Positions 18,001 to 31,558 of a stretch of 64,000 nucleotides of DNA are shown in pieces. Below the pieces are notes generated by a model. That model saw only the letters and a list, made by a program, of their open reading frames with translations, did no database searches and was not told the DNA's origin. Each line of letters opens with the position of its first letter. The first letter of the stretch is position 1. Origin of the DNA: Dictyostelium discoideum (Eukaryota); contig CM000151.3 in the NCBI GenBank assembly GCA_000004695.1, forward strand, positions 3,456,001 through 3,520,000, read 5' to 3'. The translations under genes and the position numbers were made by a program.

Positions 18001-20756
18001 GCCAATTTCAATAGTTCACTTTGTTGATAAACTATTTTTTCAATTGATTGAGATATTAAATCATCTTTACCAACTTGATAAGCAGTTTCAATATAATATC
18101 TTGAATTAATTTGATGTTCTTTAAAACCTTTAATTATATTCTCATTAATTGGGTGTGGTTTTAATAATAAAGCTTGTTGATATGATGATAATTCTTCAAT
18201 TAATGGATTTAATTTTAATAATCTTGTTAATTCAATTATTGATTTTTTAACAGTTTTACAAGCTTTTGTTAATTGTGGATCATCATTAATTTTTGCAGTT
18301 TTACCAGCCAATGCGATTGAAGAGGATATTGAATTTTTAAATAGATTTATTGAAGAATCAATTTGATCTTTAAAATCTTGACTATTTGAATTTTGTTTAA
18401 TTTCATTACCCAATTGAATTAGTTTATCTTGCTCACCAATTAATTGTTTCAATGTAACAACTGATTTATTTGCTTCATTATTCTTTAAATATTGAATTAA
18501 ATCATTAAATAATTTTAAAAGTTTTTGGTCATTTGATAGATTTTCCAATTGTTTCAATTCTTCTAATCTTTCATTATCTCTTTTAATTTCATTTTCTTTA
18601 TTTTCTTTAATAATCTCTTTATTAATCTCTTCATTAATTCCATCAATAATTTCATCATTTAAATTTTCAATTGGTATAATTACTTGACGACCACCACCAT
18701 CACCATCATTAGTGGAGGAAGATGGTAAATTTGATAAATTTGATATATTATTAATTATATTATCTAAAATATATGATAAATTATCTTTTGAACCATTTAA
18801 ATCTTTTGATAATTCTTGATTTAATTGATTTTGATAAGATTCTAATTGTTTAATTTGATTTTCAATTAATGGTTGATCAAGCATTTGATCTTTGTAATTA
18901 TAAATTATAGAATTAATTCTATTATTTATATCTTTTTGAGTTGATTGTAATTTTGGTGAATTTGGTGTAACCGATTGTGGATGGCAATTTAATAATTGTA
19001 ATTTTAATAATGGTACAACTTCAAATGATTTCAAACAATCAATTAATGATTTTGATAAATCTGATATCAATTGATTTGATTTTAAAAACTCTTGTTTTAC
19101 ATCCTTATCAAATGGTGATTTTGAAAATTTATTCATACCAATATCTCTTCTATTTTGAACTTCTTTTAAAAGTTGATCAATTGTTTTCTTTACAAATTCT
19201 TTTAATAATGTATCATTTGATAATACTAATTCAGATTCAATTAATCCAACTAAATTTGCATTATCATTTTCTAAATCTTTTAATAATTTATCAATTAGTT
19301 TTGAATTTTCTTCAATATTATTATTATTATTATTGTTACTATTGTTGTTGATATTATTTAATAAAACTTGATTTGAAGAATTTTCTTGTTTTGATAATAA
19401 TTCATTTGAATCTGAAATTGTTGATGGTTCCATTAATGATTGAATCTTTGATAATGGTAATTTCATTGAATTTGAAATATCAGTAAATTGTTTTCTATTT
19501 TCAAGATTTGTTGAATCTTTTAAGTAAAGTTTTGCAGCTTGAATTTGTAATGGTAATAATTCTGATAATTTTGAAACTGCTTCATTAATTTCTGGATTAA
19601 TTGAACTATTATTATTATTATTATTATCATCATCTGGTGTTGTTGATGTACTTGTTATTAATGCTTCAATTTGATGTTGATTCTTTGCTAAGTGTTTTAA
19701 TGTACCAACTATTGCTTGAGTATTATTTGCAATTGAATGATCTGATAAAATGGTTAAAACATCTTCTTTTGCTTTAATTGCATTTAAAAATTGATCTTCT
19801 TTTGTTGAAACTATACCATCGATTGAATTTAAACAATCTTGAATTGATTCTAAACCTTCAATCATTTTATTAATTTCATCATTCTTTACATTTTGATTAC
19901 CTGATGATCTTGTTACTAATGTTGCTGATTGAATATATTTTTGAATTAAATCATTCTTTAATTTATTTATTGATTTTTCTAAAATCTCTTTTTCATTTTT
20001 ATTAATATTATTATTATTCTTTATATGTTGATTTAAAGTATCATTTAAAATTGGTATTAATTGTTGAATTGAATTTGAAATTGTTTCAGTTGCCATTGGA
20101 TCACCTCTACATGCTGCTCTTAATTCTTCAATACAACTTTTAGAAATACCTCTTATTAAATCATTTAGTAAATTATTATTTTCATTCTTATCAATATTAT
20201 TATTATTATTAATTTCATTATTAATTTCAATACTATTATTATTATTATTATTATTACTATTATTATTATCATTATAAATTGTTTTAATATTTGAAGTTGA
20301 ATATTGTGATGGAATTGGTGATTGAATATAATTATTTACATTTGTAAATTCTGGTAATGATAAAGTTGGTGAATTTGTTTGGATTAAATTAAAAGTATGA
20401 TTTAATTGATTTAATAATGAATTTTGATGATTTATAAATTTTTGTTTTTGTGATGGATCGTCTAAATCTGAAAAGATATCATTAACAATATCAATTAAAC
20501 GATTGGCATCCTCTACCAATTGTTGTGATAATTTAATAATATCATCGTCATCGTCATCTATAAATTGATTTTGTAATGGAGATGATAATTGATTCTCCTT
20601 TGCTTTAACTTCTAAACATGATGAATATTCAATTAAATTTGAAATAGTTTGATTTACTAATTCTCCAAATCCATTAAACTCTTCTCTATCAATCATACCA
20701 AATGAATTTTCATTATTTTTAAATTGATTTTTACAAGTTTCAATTAAATGTTTTAA

Positions 20757-20796
<40 letters not shown>

Positions 20797-21455
20797 TGTT
20801 TAGAAAAATAATATTAGTAATTATAAATTATTAATAAATTTATTGTTTATTTTTTTTATTTTTTTTATTTACCTTTTAATATCTGCATCATAAATTACTT
20901 TTAAAATTTTATAAGTTTCATTTGCAATATTTTTACAAGATTGAATTAAGTTTGACCAAGATAATTGTTTATTAGTTGTTGTTTGAAAGTTTGCAATACA
21001 ATCAATTGTGGTTTTTTTAATTGTTGACATATTTGTTGTTGTATTAATAATTTCATTATAGATACTTGGATAATTTGAATATTCTGCATCTGCTAATTTA
21101 ATTGCAATATCTGATATTGATGATGCTGCATTTGCAATTGCTGTCTGGTATTATTAAAAAAAAAACATTTAGTATCCACTATTCAATATATAAAAATAAT
21201 ATTAATAAATAATAATGTATTTATACATACAACTTCTACAACTGGTAAATTTGCATTTTTATCTTTTAATTCTAAAACTGTTAAAATAAGTTGACTAACA
21301 TTCTCTGAAAGTTGTTCTAACATTTGTTGTGCTGTTTAGATATTTATTTTACAATTTGGTAAGAATTTTTTATTTTTTTTTTATTTTTATTTTTTTTTTT
21401 ATTTTTTTATTTTTTTTGACTATTTCAAAGTTAAACTTACCAAAAGATTTTTCCA

Positions 21456-21456
<1 letters not shown>
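15006..21456 (-). CDS. Large (~2040 aa) alpha-helical/coiled-coil protein with Asn/Gln-rich tracts, possibly vinculin/talin-rod-like helical bundles; exons 21456-21441, 21331-21231, 21144-20873 and 20757-15006
   Basis: 1896-aa ORF plus three short 5' exons found by hand. Exon 1 is ATGGAAAAATCTTTTG followed by GTAAGT. The donor/acceptor pairs used are 21440/21332, 21230/21145 and 20872/20758, and all phases are consistent. The composition is helical and heptad-like. C-terminal segments such as KQILLCGRNISILLNKYSTEV loosely resemble vinculin-family tails. Family assignment is uncertain. Confidence 0.55.
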
Positions 21457-21487
<31 letters not shown>

Positions 21488-21891
21488 ATAATGTACAATA
21501 AAGGTTATTTTTATTTCTTATTTCTTATTTCTTAATTCTTATTTCTTAATTGGTGAATTTTTTTTTTTTTTTTTTTTTTTTTTGTGAAGGGTTTTTTTTT
21601 TTTTTTTTTTTTTTATTTTTTTTTCTTTTATGTACAAAAATAATTGAATTAATAAAAAAATTAAAAAAAATTATTAAATAAAAAAAAAATAGATAAATAT
21701 TAAAACCTCTAAATATAGATTATGTACAACACAACAATAATAAAAAAAAAAAAAAAAAAAAAAAATTAAAAAAATGAAAAAAAAAAAATGAAAAAAAAAA
21801 AAAAAAATGGCTTTTAATATAGATATTTATTGACCCAACAGATAAAAACAACAAATGTTCAGGCTGAAAAAATTAAAAAAAAAAAAAAAAT

Positions 21892-21931
<40 letters not shown>

Positions 21932-22326
21932 TTAATATGGATTGGTTTATTTTCAGAAAACAAATAAAACATTCACTTATGAAAAGTATTACAACTCTGT
22001 AAAAAAAAAAAAGTTGTCCGAACATTTTTTTTTTTTAACCCAATTAAAAATTTTCAAATAATAATTTGTTTTTTTTTAATTTTTTATTTTTTTTTTTTTT
22101 ATTTTTTTTTTTTTGATCCGACATATACACTTTTTTTTTATTTTATTTATTTTTTTAATATCATGGCTTTATCTGAATTAAAATTTAACTATTTGAACTA
22201 AAAATTTTGGTTTTTTTTTTATTTTTTTTTTATTTTACATATTTCCAATTATAAACTGAAACAATATTTTTAATTAAAATTAATTAAAATTTTGATTCAA
22301 AATATGTAAAAATTTAAACATTACTG

Positions 22327-22361
<35 letters not shown>

Positions 22362-22560
22362 CCAAAAAACAATTAAATATATTTAATTTTGGATAAATAA
22401 ATCCATATTCCTTAAAATAATAATATTCAAATTGAGTTGTTTTATTTTAATTTTTTTAATTTTTTTTTTTTTTTTTTATTAAAATTATTTTTAATTTTTA
22501 ATTTTTTTTTTATTTTTATTTTTATTTTTAATATTGTATTTTCAAAACGATTTCGAAGAC

Positions 22561-23769
<1,209 letters not shown>

Positions 23770-23933
23770 AATTAAAATAATTAGAAAAAAAAAAAAAAAA
23801 AAAAATAACACATGGTATATACCTTTGTTTTTCACACCACCCAATTATTCTTTTAGAAAAGTATGGAAAAATAATTACTTTTTTTAAGAATTGTTTTTTC
23901 CTAAATTTTATTAAAAAAAAGGTAATGAATAGA

Positions 23934-24013
<80 letters not shown>
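23934..24013. repeat. (AAT)n intergenic microsatellite
   Basis: Seen directly. Confidence 0.9.
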
Positions 24014-24015
<2 letters not shown>

Positions 24016-24606
24016 TAATAATATAATATTAAACTCAACTGAATTGTATATTTCAAAATAAAAATAAAAAATAAATAAAATAAAATAAAAAGATTTTAAT
24101 TAAAAAAAAAAAAAAATAAACAAATAGAAAAAATTAAATTAATTAAAATCTGAATCTTTTTTTTATTTTTTATTTTTTTTTATTTTTTTATTAATTAAAA
24201 TATCATAATAATATATTTTTAGAATTAAAAAAGGGACATTCCTTTTTTATGTAAGGATAGTTATAGTGCAATAATTTATTTTTTTCCTTTTGTAATACCA
24301 TTAGTAATGTTTCATATGATGACAGAAACGAAAAAGTTTTTCTAACCACTTTTAGTTTTGTTTTGAAAAAACTGTAAAAAAATTACTAAAAAAAGTCATA
24401 AAAACTATTTTTATTTTTTTTTTTTATTTTTTTTTTATTTTTTTTTTATTTTTTTTTTTCGGGGTCAAAACCATAGTTATTTTAAAAAAGGAAAAAAAAA
24501 GATTTATAATTAATTTATTTATTATTTATTTTTTTTTTTTAATTTCTCAATAAAAGAGTGTTTTTAATTTTCTATTTTCTTTTTTTTTTTTTCTATAAAC
24601 TAATAT

Positions 24607-24637
<31 letters not shown>

Positions 24638-24658
24638 TTCTAAAAAATTTAAAAATAA

Positions 24659-24690
<32 letters not shown>

Positions 24691-24747
24691 TAATAATAAT
24701 TTCATTATCATATTTAAATAATTATAATTATATTTTAATGTATTAAA

Positions 24748-24779
<32 letters not shown>

Positions 24780-24799
24780 TAATAATTAATTTATTAAAA

Positions 24800-25378
24800 A
24801 TGAATTCTCCATCAACATTTTCAGGTGGTCGTAGAGGATCATTTTCAGAGACCAAATATATTTATAATAAATCAAGAACTGGACCATATCCAGCAAGAAA
24901 TGTATCAAGACAACAAAGAAGTTTAACATTTAATGAAACTTTTAGAGCATTATTTCCAGCAGTATTTGCAGTATTACTCTCTTTAATGGTATTATCAGCA
25001 TTCAATCATTTACATGGTAACAAAGTTATAGAGTGGATCAATGATAATGCTATAAGTATCCCAGGTTATCGTAAACATTCAACAACCGATTTAATGGAAA
25101 GACCAACAACTGAAATTATGAAAATCGATGGAGTTGGAAAACCACCCTTTGATTTGGCTGAATATGAAAAATTGGGTCCAAAAACATCTGGTTCCTACTG
25201 GGCAAATAAAGGACGTGGTCAAGAATATCAAAATATGAAAAATAGAAAAATTGACTACAAATCAATGATAAATACAAAATATCAAAGTTATGGTCCATTT
25301 GCTTCATCTTCTTATTATGAAAATATTGGTAAAATGAAAGAATATGAAGATAGAAAAATTTCAAACCAATTTAATTAA
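24800..25378 (+). CDS. Hypothetical single-pass membrane protein (192 aa)
   Basis: ATG-initiated ORF with an A-rich leader and one hydrophobic segment (ALFPAVFAVLLSLMVLSAF). I recognised no family. Confidence 0.4.
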   Translation: MNSPSTFSGGRRGSFSETKYIYNKSRTGPYPARNVSRQQRSLTFNETFRALFPAVFAVLLSLMVLSAFNHLHGNKVIEWINDNAISIPGYRKHSTTDLMERPTTEIMKIDGVGKPPFDLAEYEKLGPKTSGSYWANKGRGQEYQNMKNRKIDYKSMINTKYQSYGPFASSSYYENIGKMKEYEDRKISNQFN

Positions 25379-26181
25379 ATTAAAATAATAATAATAATAA
25401 AAAAAAACAAATAATATAAAAAAAAAAAAATTAAAAAAATTAAAAAAAAAAAAAAATTTAAAATAAAATAAAATAAAATAAAATACTTTAATTTTAATTA
25501 AAAAAAAATAAAAAAAATTAAAAATTAAAATAAAAAATACCCAATTAAAGTTTAATAATATAAATAAAACTTTCCTTTTGAAGTTATTTTTTAAATCTAA
25601 TTTTAAATCCTTGTTTTTTTTTTGATAAAAAAAAAAAAAAAAAAAAAAAGTTTACATTTTCCAAAATAAAATTTAAAATAAATATGAATATCCAATTAAA
25701 AACAAATAAAGTTTTTTAAAAATATAAATATAATAACATTTTTATCTAACATATAGTTTTAATCTAGTTTTAAAATCTGTGTTTCTATTTTAACTCATGA
25801 TAGAAAAAAATAAAAAAAAAAAAAAAAAAAGAAATATAAAATATTACTTGAAAATGAAATAAATTTTTACAAAATAATACATTCATACATCCACTACTAA
25901 AACCATCCATTTATTTAATTTCTTTTTTTTTATTTATGATAATTATTTATTAATTTTTTTTTTTTTACTTTTAATTAATTTAATTTTTTTTATATAAAAA
26001 AATATAAAAAAAAGAATAAAAGAATAAAAAGTTTTTATTTTATTTTTCCATTTTTAATCAAATATTATTAAAAAAAAAACAAAATTTTAAAAAATGGTAA
26101 CTTTGATATTTTAGAATTTCATATTTAAATATAAAAATATATATTAATAATTCCAAATAAAAAAAATAAATAATAAAATAA

Positions 26182-26388
26182 TAGAAAAAATTATTTTTAT
26201 TAATTTTAGTATTATTATTGTCATTAAATATTTCGTGGGTAGTATCAGAAAATAAATATGAAGTGCAATGTGTTCTTGATTGTCTTGATCATGACCCAAA
26301 TTATACAATTGATTGTACAGACGTTTATAAAGGAACTGCTTGTAAAAATATTATTAGAAGATGCAAAGCTAGTTGCGCAAAACATTAA
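26182..26388 (+). CDS. Small secreted 6-Cys protein, paralogue of 27399-27608; the 5' end and start codon are unresolved, so this is a possible pseudogene
   Basis: The frame LILVLLLSLNISWVVSENKYEVQCVLDCLDHDPNYTIDCTDVYKGTACKNIIRRCKASCAKH* aligns residue by residue with the neighbouring paralogue, including the signal peptide and all six Cys. This frame has no in-frame Met. The track ORF 26258-26473 is in the +1 frame. A candidate one-codon first exon, ATG|GTAACT near 26093, has an incompatible phase. Confidence 0.35.
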
Positions 26389-26597
26389 TAATTTTAAAAA
26401 TTTAAATTTTAAAATTATAAAAATTAAAAATAATAAAAATTTTTATTACTTTAATTATTTTAATTTAATTTAATTATTTAATTTTAATAAAAAAAAAAAT
26501 AAGAAAACCTTTTTCAATATTAATTATAATAATTATTATTATTATCATTATTATTATTTTTATTATCATTATTTTTATTTTTATTATTACTATTATT

Positions 26598-26657
<60 letters not shown>

Positions 26658-27398
26658 ATTAGTAGTATAATTATTAGTAGTATTATTATTATTATTATTG
26701 GTAGTATTATTATTTATATTATTATTATTATTATTTTTTTTATTATTTTTATTATTTCTATTCTAAGTATTTTAATTTTTAATTGCAAATAAAATAATCT
26801 TATCAAAGATATTTTAAATTTTAAGATTTAATTTACATTTTTGTAAATATTTAAAAATGGAAATAAAAATTTAAAATAAATTAGATTTGTAATCAAAACC
26901 CATACCCATACCACATGTGATAATTTTTTATATTTAGTTTTTGCCAACCAAATCCAAAAAACAAATGGTTTATATAGGGAAAATAAAATTAAGTTATAAT
27001 TAAAAATAAAAAATAAAAAAATATAAAAAAACTTAAAATCATGTGTGGTGTTTGTGGGAGTTGAATAAAAAACAGACCTATTTTTAATTTTAATGTCGGG
27101 TTTCATACACCAACACATTCATACATTGCCCTATCTTTTATCCGATATTGGTTTATTTTACAATTTTAATTGTTTTTTTTTTTTTTTATTATATTTTATT
27201 ATTTTATCGTTTTTTTTTTTTGTATATAAATTGGATACTATTTTTTTTATTATTAAAAAATCGGAATATAATTTAAAAAAGGTAAAAAATAAATAAATAT
27301 ATCAAAAAAAACTTTAAAAAAAAATTTTATTTATATATATTAATATATATATATTTTTATGGTTTTTTATAAAAAAAGATAAAAAATAAAAAATAATC

Positions 27399-27608
27399 AT
27401 GTTAAAATTTTTAATAGCTATTTTAGTGATTTTCTCATTACTTTCAAATTTAAATGCAGTAAATGGGAAAGATATTACCTGTTTCGTAGATTGTATTAAT
27501 AAAGAACCAAATTTTTATAAAGATTGTCCAAAAGGAGCATTATTAAATCCAAAATGTAGAGCAGTTTTAAAAAATTGTAAAGATGAATGCAATTATAAAA
27601 ATAATTAA
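27399..27608 (+). CDS. Small secreted cysteine-rich protein (69 aa, 6 Cys)
   Basis: Signal peptide MLKFLIAILVIFSLLSNLNA followed by the pattern CxxxC...PNF..DC...C....C...C. It is a paralogue of the 26.2-kb copy. Confidence 0.55.
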   Translation: MLKFLIAILVIFSLLSNLNAVNGKDITCFVDCINKEPNFYKDCPKGALLNPKCRAVLKNCKDECNYKNN

Positions 27609-28396
27609 TAAACTTGTAATAAAATTTATTAATAATATTATTTGTTATTATCATTTTTCCCCAAAAATTTTTAAAATAATTTTTTTTTTTTTTATTATTT
27701 AATTAATCTTCAAATTTTTTTCATTATTTTTTTTATTATTTAATTAATCATCAAAAAATTGTCTAAAATGATACATTTATCTTTTTTTTTTTTTTTTTTT
27801 TTAATTTTATTTATTTTTAATAAATTAATTATCTTATTTTTTTAAAAAATAAATATTTGTTTTAAACTTGAATGTATTTATAAAAAAAAAAAAAAATATA
27901 TCTACGCTTCTGTCTGTTTTTTTATTTTTATTTTTTTTTTTTGAATGAAAAAAAAAAGTTAATTATAACCTAAAATGAAATGTGTCTTTTCAAAAGGTTT
28001 CTCTTTATATTCTCTGTCTTCCCCTTTGCGACCTAAAAAAACTAAAATAATAATTTAATTAATTTTTTTTTTTTTTTTTTCATTCTTTCGTTAAAAAAAA
28101 ACAAAAAATATCAAGATATTTTGAAAAAATGAAAAATAAAAAGAAATTTTTCATCACAGGTCTGAAATTCTTGAAGCTTTATTACCACTTTGGTCGTGCC
28201 TTTTAAAAATAAAATCAAAAACTCATTTTCTTTTAAAAAATAAAAAAATAAACAGTTATTTCTTTTTTTAAAAAAAAAAACTATTTAAGTTTATAAAAAA
28301 AAAAAAAAAAAAAAAAAATATTATAATAACTAAACAAAACAAATAGAAACACATACACACGCAATATATATATAAAAATAAAATAAAAAATAAAAA

Positions 28397-29149
28397 ATGA
28401 AACAAATAATTTCACCATTACTTTTAATAGTATTATTATTAATTAGTTTTTCAAATGCATATCAAAAATTATATGTAAATTTCATTCCATTTGAAAGTGT
28501 ACAATGTAGTGGAAATCCATCAGGTATTGGTTATGGCGGTTTAATTAATACTTGTTTCACTTTTGATAATTCTAGAAATTGGTTATTTAAATATTTAGAA
28601 CAAGAAAATTCAATAAGTTTTACTCAATACTATAACAAAGGAGGTGTAACAGAACTTTGTGAAATTAAATCAATGAAAACTCGTACTGCTTTAATTGGTG
28701 AATGTGTCTCTGGTAAAGATTTAGTATTCAACTCATTTTATCAATCAGTAAATTATGATTCATCATCCTCCTCATCATCCTCATCATCAACACCAGAAAT
28801 TTATTATCTCATTCAAATTACCAAGGATCAACCATTCATTGCACCAAGTTCAACTGTTGTATCACATAACTATGGTGATTGTACTGATGGCGATAGTGAT
28901 ATTATATATTATGAAACCTTTTCAAATCAAACTCAAGTTTTTATCCCAATCTTTGGTACAGTTAGTGAATTTTACTGTTTAAATAATACCCCAATGGCAA
29001 TGACCTGTGAAAATAATGGAAGTAATTGTACTAATCCACAAGACCAAACTACGATTTGTGAAGCCGTTTCTCCATTCTTTAATACTACTGCCTCTGATAT
29101 GAGTTCAGGTGATACATTATATACATTTAATAATTATTGTAGTTATTAA
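28397..29149 (+). CDS. Secreted protein, unknown family (250 aa, signal peptide, poly-Ser tract, about 10 Cys)
   Basis: ATG after an A-run, N-terminal signal peptide, no C-terminal hydrophobic anchor. Confidence 0.5.
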   Translation: MKQIISPLLLIVLLLISFSNAYQKLYVNFIPFESVQCSGNPSGIGYGGLINTCFTFDNSRNWLFKYLEQENSISFTQYYNKGGVTELCEIKSMKTRTALIGECVSGKDLVFNSFYQSVNYDSSSSSSSSSSTPEIYYLIQITKDQPFIAPSSTVVSHNYGDCTDGDSDIIYYETFSNQTQVFIPIFGTVSEFYCLNNTPMAMTCENNGSNCTNPQDQTTICEAVSPFFNTTASDMSSGDTLYTFNNYCSY

Positions 29150-29256
29150 ATAAAATTATAAATTTAATAAAAAATAATTTTTTTTTTTTTTTTAATCAAA
29201 TATTTTCTTTTTCATTTTACACATTAACTTTTTTTTTTTTTTTTTTTTTTTTATTA

Positions 29257-29787
29257 TTATTTTTGTTTTTGTTTTTCTTCTTGTTGTAGTTCTGGTGGTG
29301 GTTGTGGTTGTAGTTCTAGTAATTGTATATCTTCTTGTTCTTTGAATTTTTCTTTTTGGAGTTTTGACAGGTTGGAGATAATAAAGTCTTTACAGAGGAG
29401 TGATTCATCTGGTTCCCAATTATCATCAAGGTCAACGAATGTGAATGATATTGATTCTGGGCTGTCATCTTTTAATTTGACTAACTTTTGAGAGAGTTCT
29501 TTAGGCATTGCTTTCATGAATTGTTTAGGGTTCATTTGTAATTTTGAAGAGATTTTAATAATTGTTGAATTTTTTACAGCAGCATCATTGAAATCTCTCA
29601 TTGCATATCTTACAGTTTGAATATTATCTGTTAATAAACTTACCCAACCTGATTTACCTGTCACTAATGTGTCTGGTGGGTTCCCATATTTAATTGTAAT
29701 ATCTCTTTCTTTTATATATACTAAATATTTCTTTGGTATTGATGCTAGATATGATCTATTTAACCACTGCGAAATAGCGTTTGACAT
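29257..29787 (-). CDS. Hypothetical soluble protein (176 aa) with an acidic, Gln-rich C-terminus
   Basis: Clean ATG-to-stop ORF with coding-like composition. I could not recognise a family from the sequence. Confidence 0.45.
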   Translation of the reverse strand: MSNAISQWLNRSYLASIPKKYLVYIKERDITIKYGNPPDTLVTGKSGWVSLLTDNIQTVRYAMRDFNDAAVKNSTIIKISSKLQMNPKQFMKAMPKELSQKLVKLKDDSPESISFTFVDLDDNWEPDESLLCKDFIISNLSKLQKEKFKEQEDIQLLELQPQPPPELQQEEKQKQK

Positions 29788-30159
29788 TATTTTTATTTCT
29801 TTTTTGTTTTTATTTTTTTTTTTATTTTTTTATTTTAAAGTGAAATAATAACTATAAATAAAAACAAAAAAGGGGGAGGGGTACAGGGGTACAGGGGTGT
29901 GTTTATAAACGAATATTCTCTGAATTTTTTTTTAATTTAATTTATTTTAATTTTATTTTTTATTTAATATTCATGTTATATAAAATAAAAATAAATAAAT
30001 CTTTTTTTTTTAATTTTTTTTTTAATTTCCAAAATTTTTTTTTTTATTTTTTTTATTTTTTTTATTTTTTATTTTTTTTTCATAGATTGTGTGTACAGAA
30101 CCCCGCTTATAATTTTATTTTTTATTTGTATTTCATAAAAATTGTATATTTAAAATAGT

Positions 30160-31074
30160 ATGGAATCATCATCATCATCATTATTAGATAAAAAAGTTAT
30201 AATATTTTCAGGTGGTACAGATGGTATTGGTCGTAATTCATTAAATTATTTAATTTTAGAAGATAATTTAAAATTTATATTACCAGTTAGAAATATTGAA
30301 AAAGGTGAAAAAGTTGTAAAAGAATTAAAAGAAATTAAAGCAAATGTTGATATAAAATTAATGAAAATGGATTTATCATCATTTGAATCAATTAAAGAAT
30401 TTGTTAAAGAATTTAATGAATTGAATGAACCATTGGATATATTAGTTAACAATGCAGGTTTAATCAATACGGAATTTAAAACCACATCAGACGGTTACGA
30501 ATCGACAATGGGTGTAAATCATTTGGGTCCATCATTATTAACACTTTTATTATTACCAAAATTAAATCAATCAAAGCATGGTGGTAATATAGTATTCGTC
30601 GCATCGAAAATGCATGACAGAGTGACACAATTGGATTTTGAGCAAACTTTAGGCAAAGAAGATAAAAACAATACTGATTTCTCAAGTAGTAATTATGAAT
30701 ATTCCAAATCTAAATTATATAATATTTTATTCTCTAAAGAGTTACAAAATAAATTAATTGAAAAGGGTAGTGATATTAAAGTGAATTCACTACATCCTGG
30801 TTTCGCTGTAACTCATTTATTCGAAAAGCATGGTTGGTTTGCAAATAATTTAGTTTTACCAGTGTTGGTTTATTTCAAAGGTAATAAATTAGATGATATG
30901 GGTAGTGCTTTAGCAAATTTAACTTTAAATAAATTAAATGAAAAAGGTAAATACTTTACTTTAACAAAAATTACTGAACCTTCAAAATTTGCTTCAAATC
31001 CAAATAATACTATTAATTTATGGAATAAAACTTGTAAATTATTATCAATTGATTTTAATAAAATTAATTTATAA
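30160..31074 (+). CDS. Short-chain dehydrogenase/reductase (SDR; retinol-dehydrogenase/WWOX-like)
   Basis: Cofactor motif SGGTDGIGR (the TGxxxGxG variant), NNAG, and a catalytic YxxxK (YEYSKSK). 304 aa. Confidence 0.8.
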   Translation: MESSSSSLLDKKVIIFSGGTDGIGRNSLNYLILEDNLKFILPVRNIEKGEKVVKELKEIKANVDIKLMKMDLSSFESIKEFVKEFNELNEPLDILVNNAGLINTEFKTTSDGYESTMGVNHLGPSLLTLLLLPKLNQSKHGGNIVFVASKMHDRVTQLDFEQTLGKEDKNNTDFSSSNYEYSKSKLYNILFSKELQNKLIEKGSDIKVNSLHPGFAVTHLFEKHGWFANNLVLPVLVYFKGNKLDDMGSALANLTLNKLNEKGKYFTLTKITEPSKFASNPNNTINLWNKTCKLLSIDFNKINL

Positions 31075-31450
31075 AAAAAAAAAAAAAAAGTAAGATGTTT
31101 TTGAAATAATAAAAAAAAAAAATAAACAAATAAACAATTTTCTTTTTTTTAAGAATTTATTTTTATTTTTTTATTTTTTTTTATTATTTTTTTATTTTTT
31201 TTTTACTACCTTTCTAATATAAATTTTTTTTTTTAAATTATAAATATTAGATGTAATCAAAAAATATAAAAATAAAAATAGACATTTTTTTCAAATTTCC
31301 AAGAATTCAAAAAAAAAAAACACCAAATTCTGGATACACTATTTTTTTGTTTTTTTTTTTATTGGTTTTTTTTTAAAATTTTTTTTTTTTTTTTCATTTT
31401 TATTAACCTCATAAATACAATCACCAAAATAGTAATAGAGATAATAATAA

Positions 31451-31482
<32 letters not shown>

Positions 31483-31558
31483 TAATAATAATAAACCTTT
31501 GAAAAAAAAAAAAAAAGAAAAATAATAATAAAAAATAATAATAAAAAAAAAGAAGAGA

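Noticed and set aside
26258-26473. Track ORF MKCNVFLIVLIM... as the true product
   Set aside because: The +1 frame lacks the 6-Cys scaffold, whereas the other frame aligns with the paralogue at 27399. Kept only as a conflict note.
27900-28260. GC-richer islands upstream of the 28.4-kb secreted-protein gene considered as an ncRNA
   Set aside because: I could recognise no snRNA, snoRNA or Class-I RNA motif, so it is more likely promoter or 5' UTR sequence. Left as unverified.
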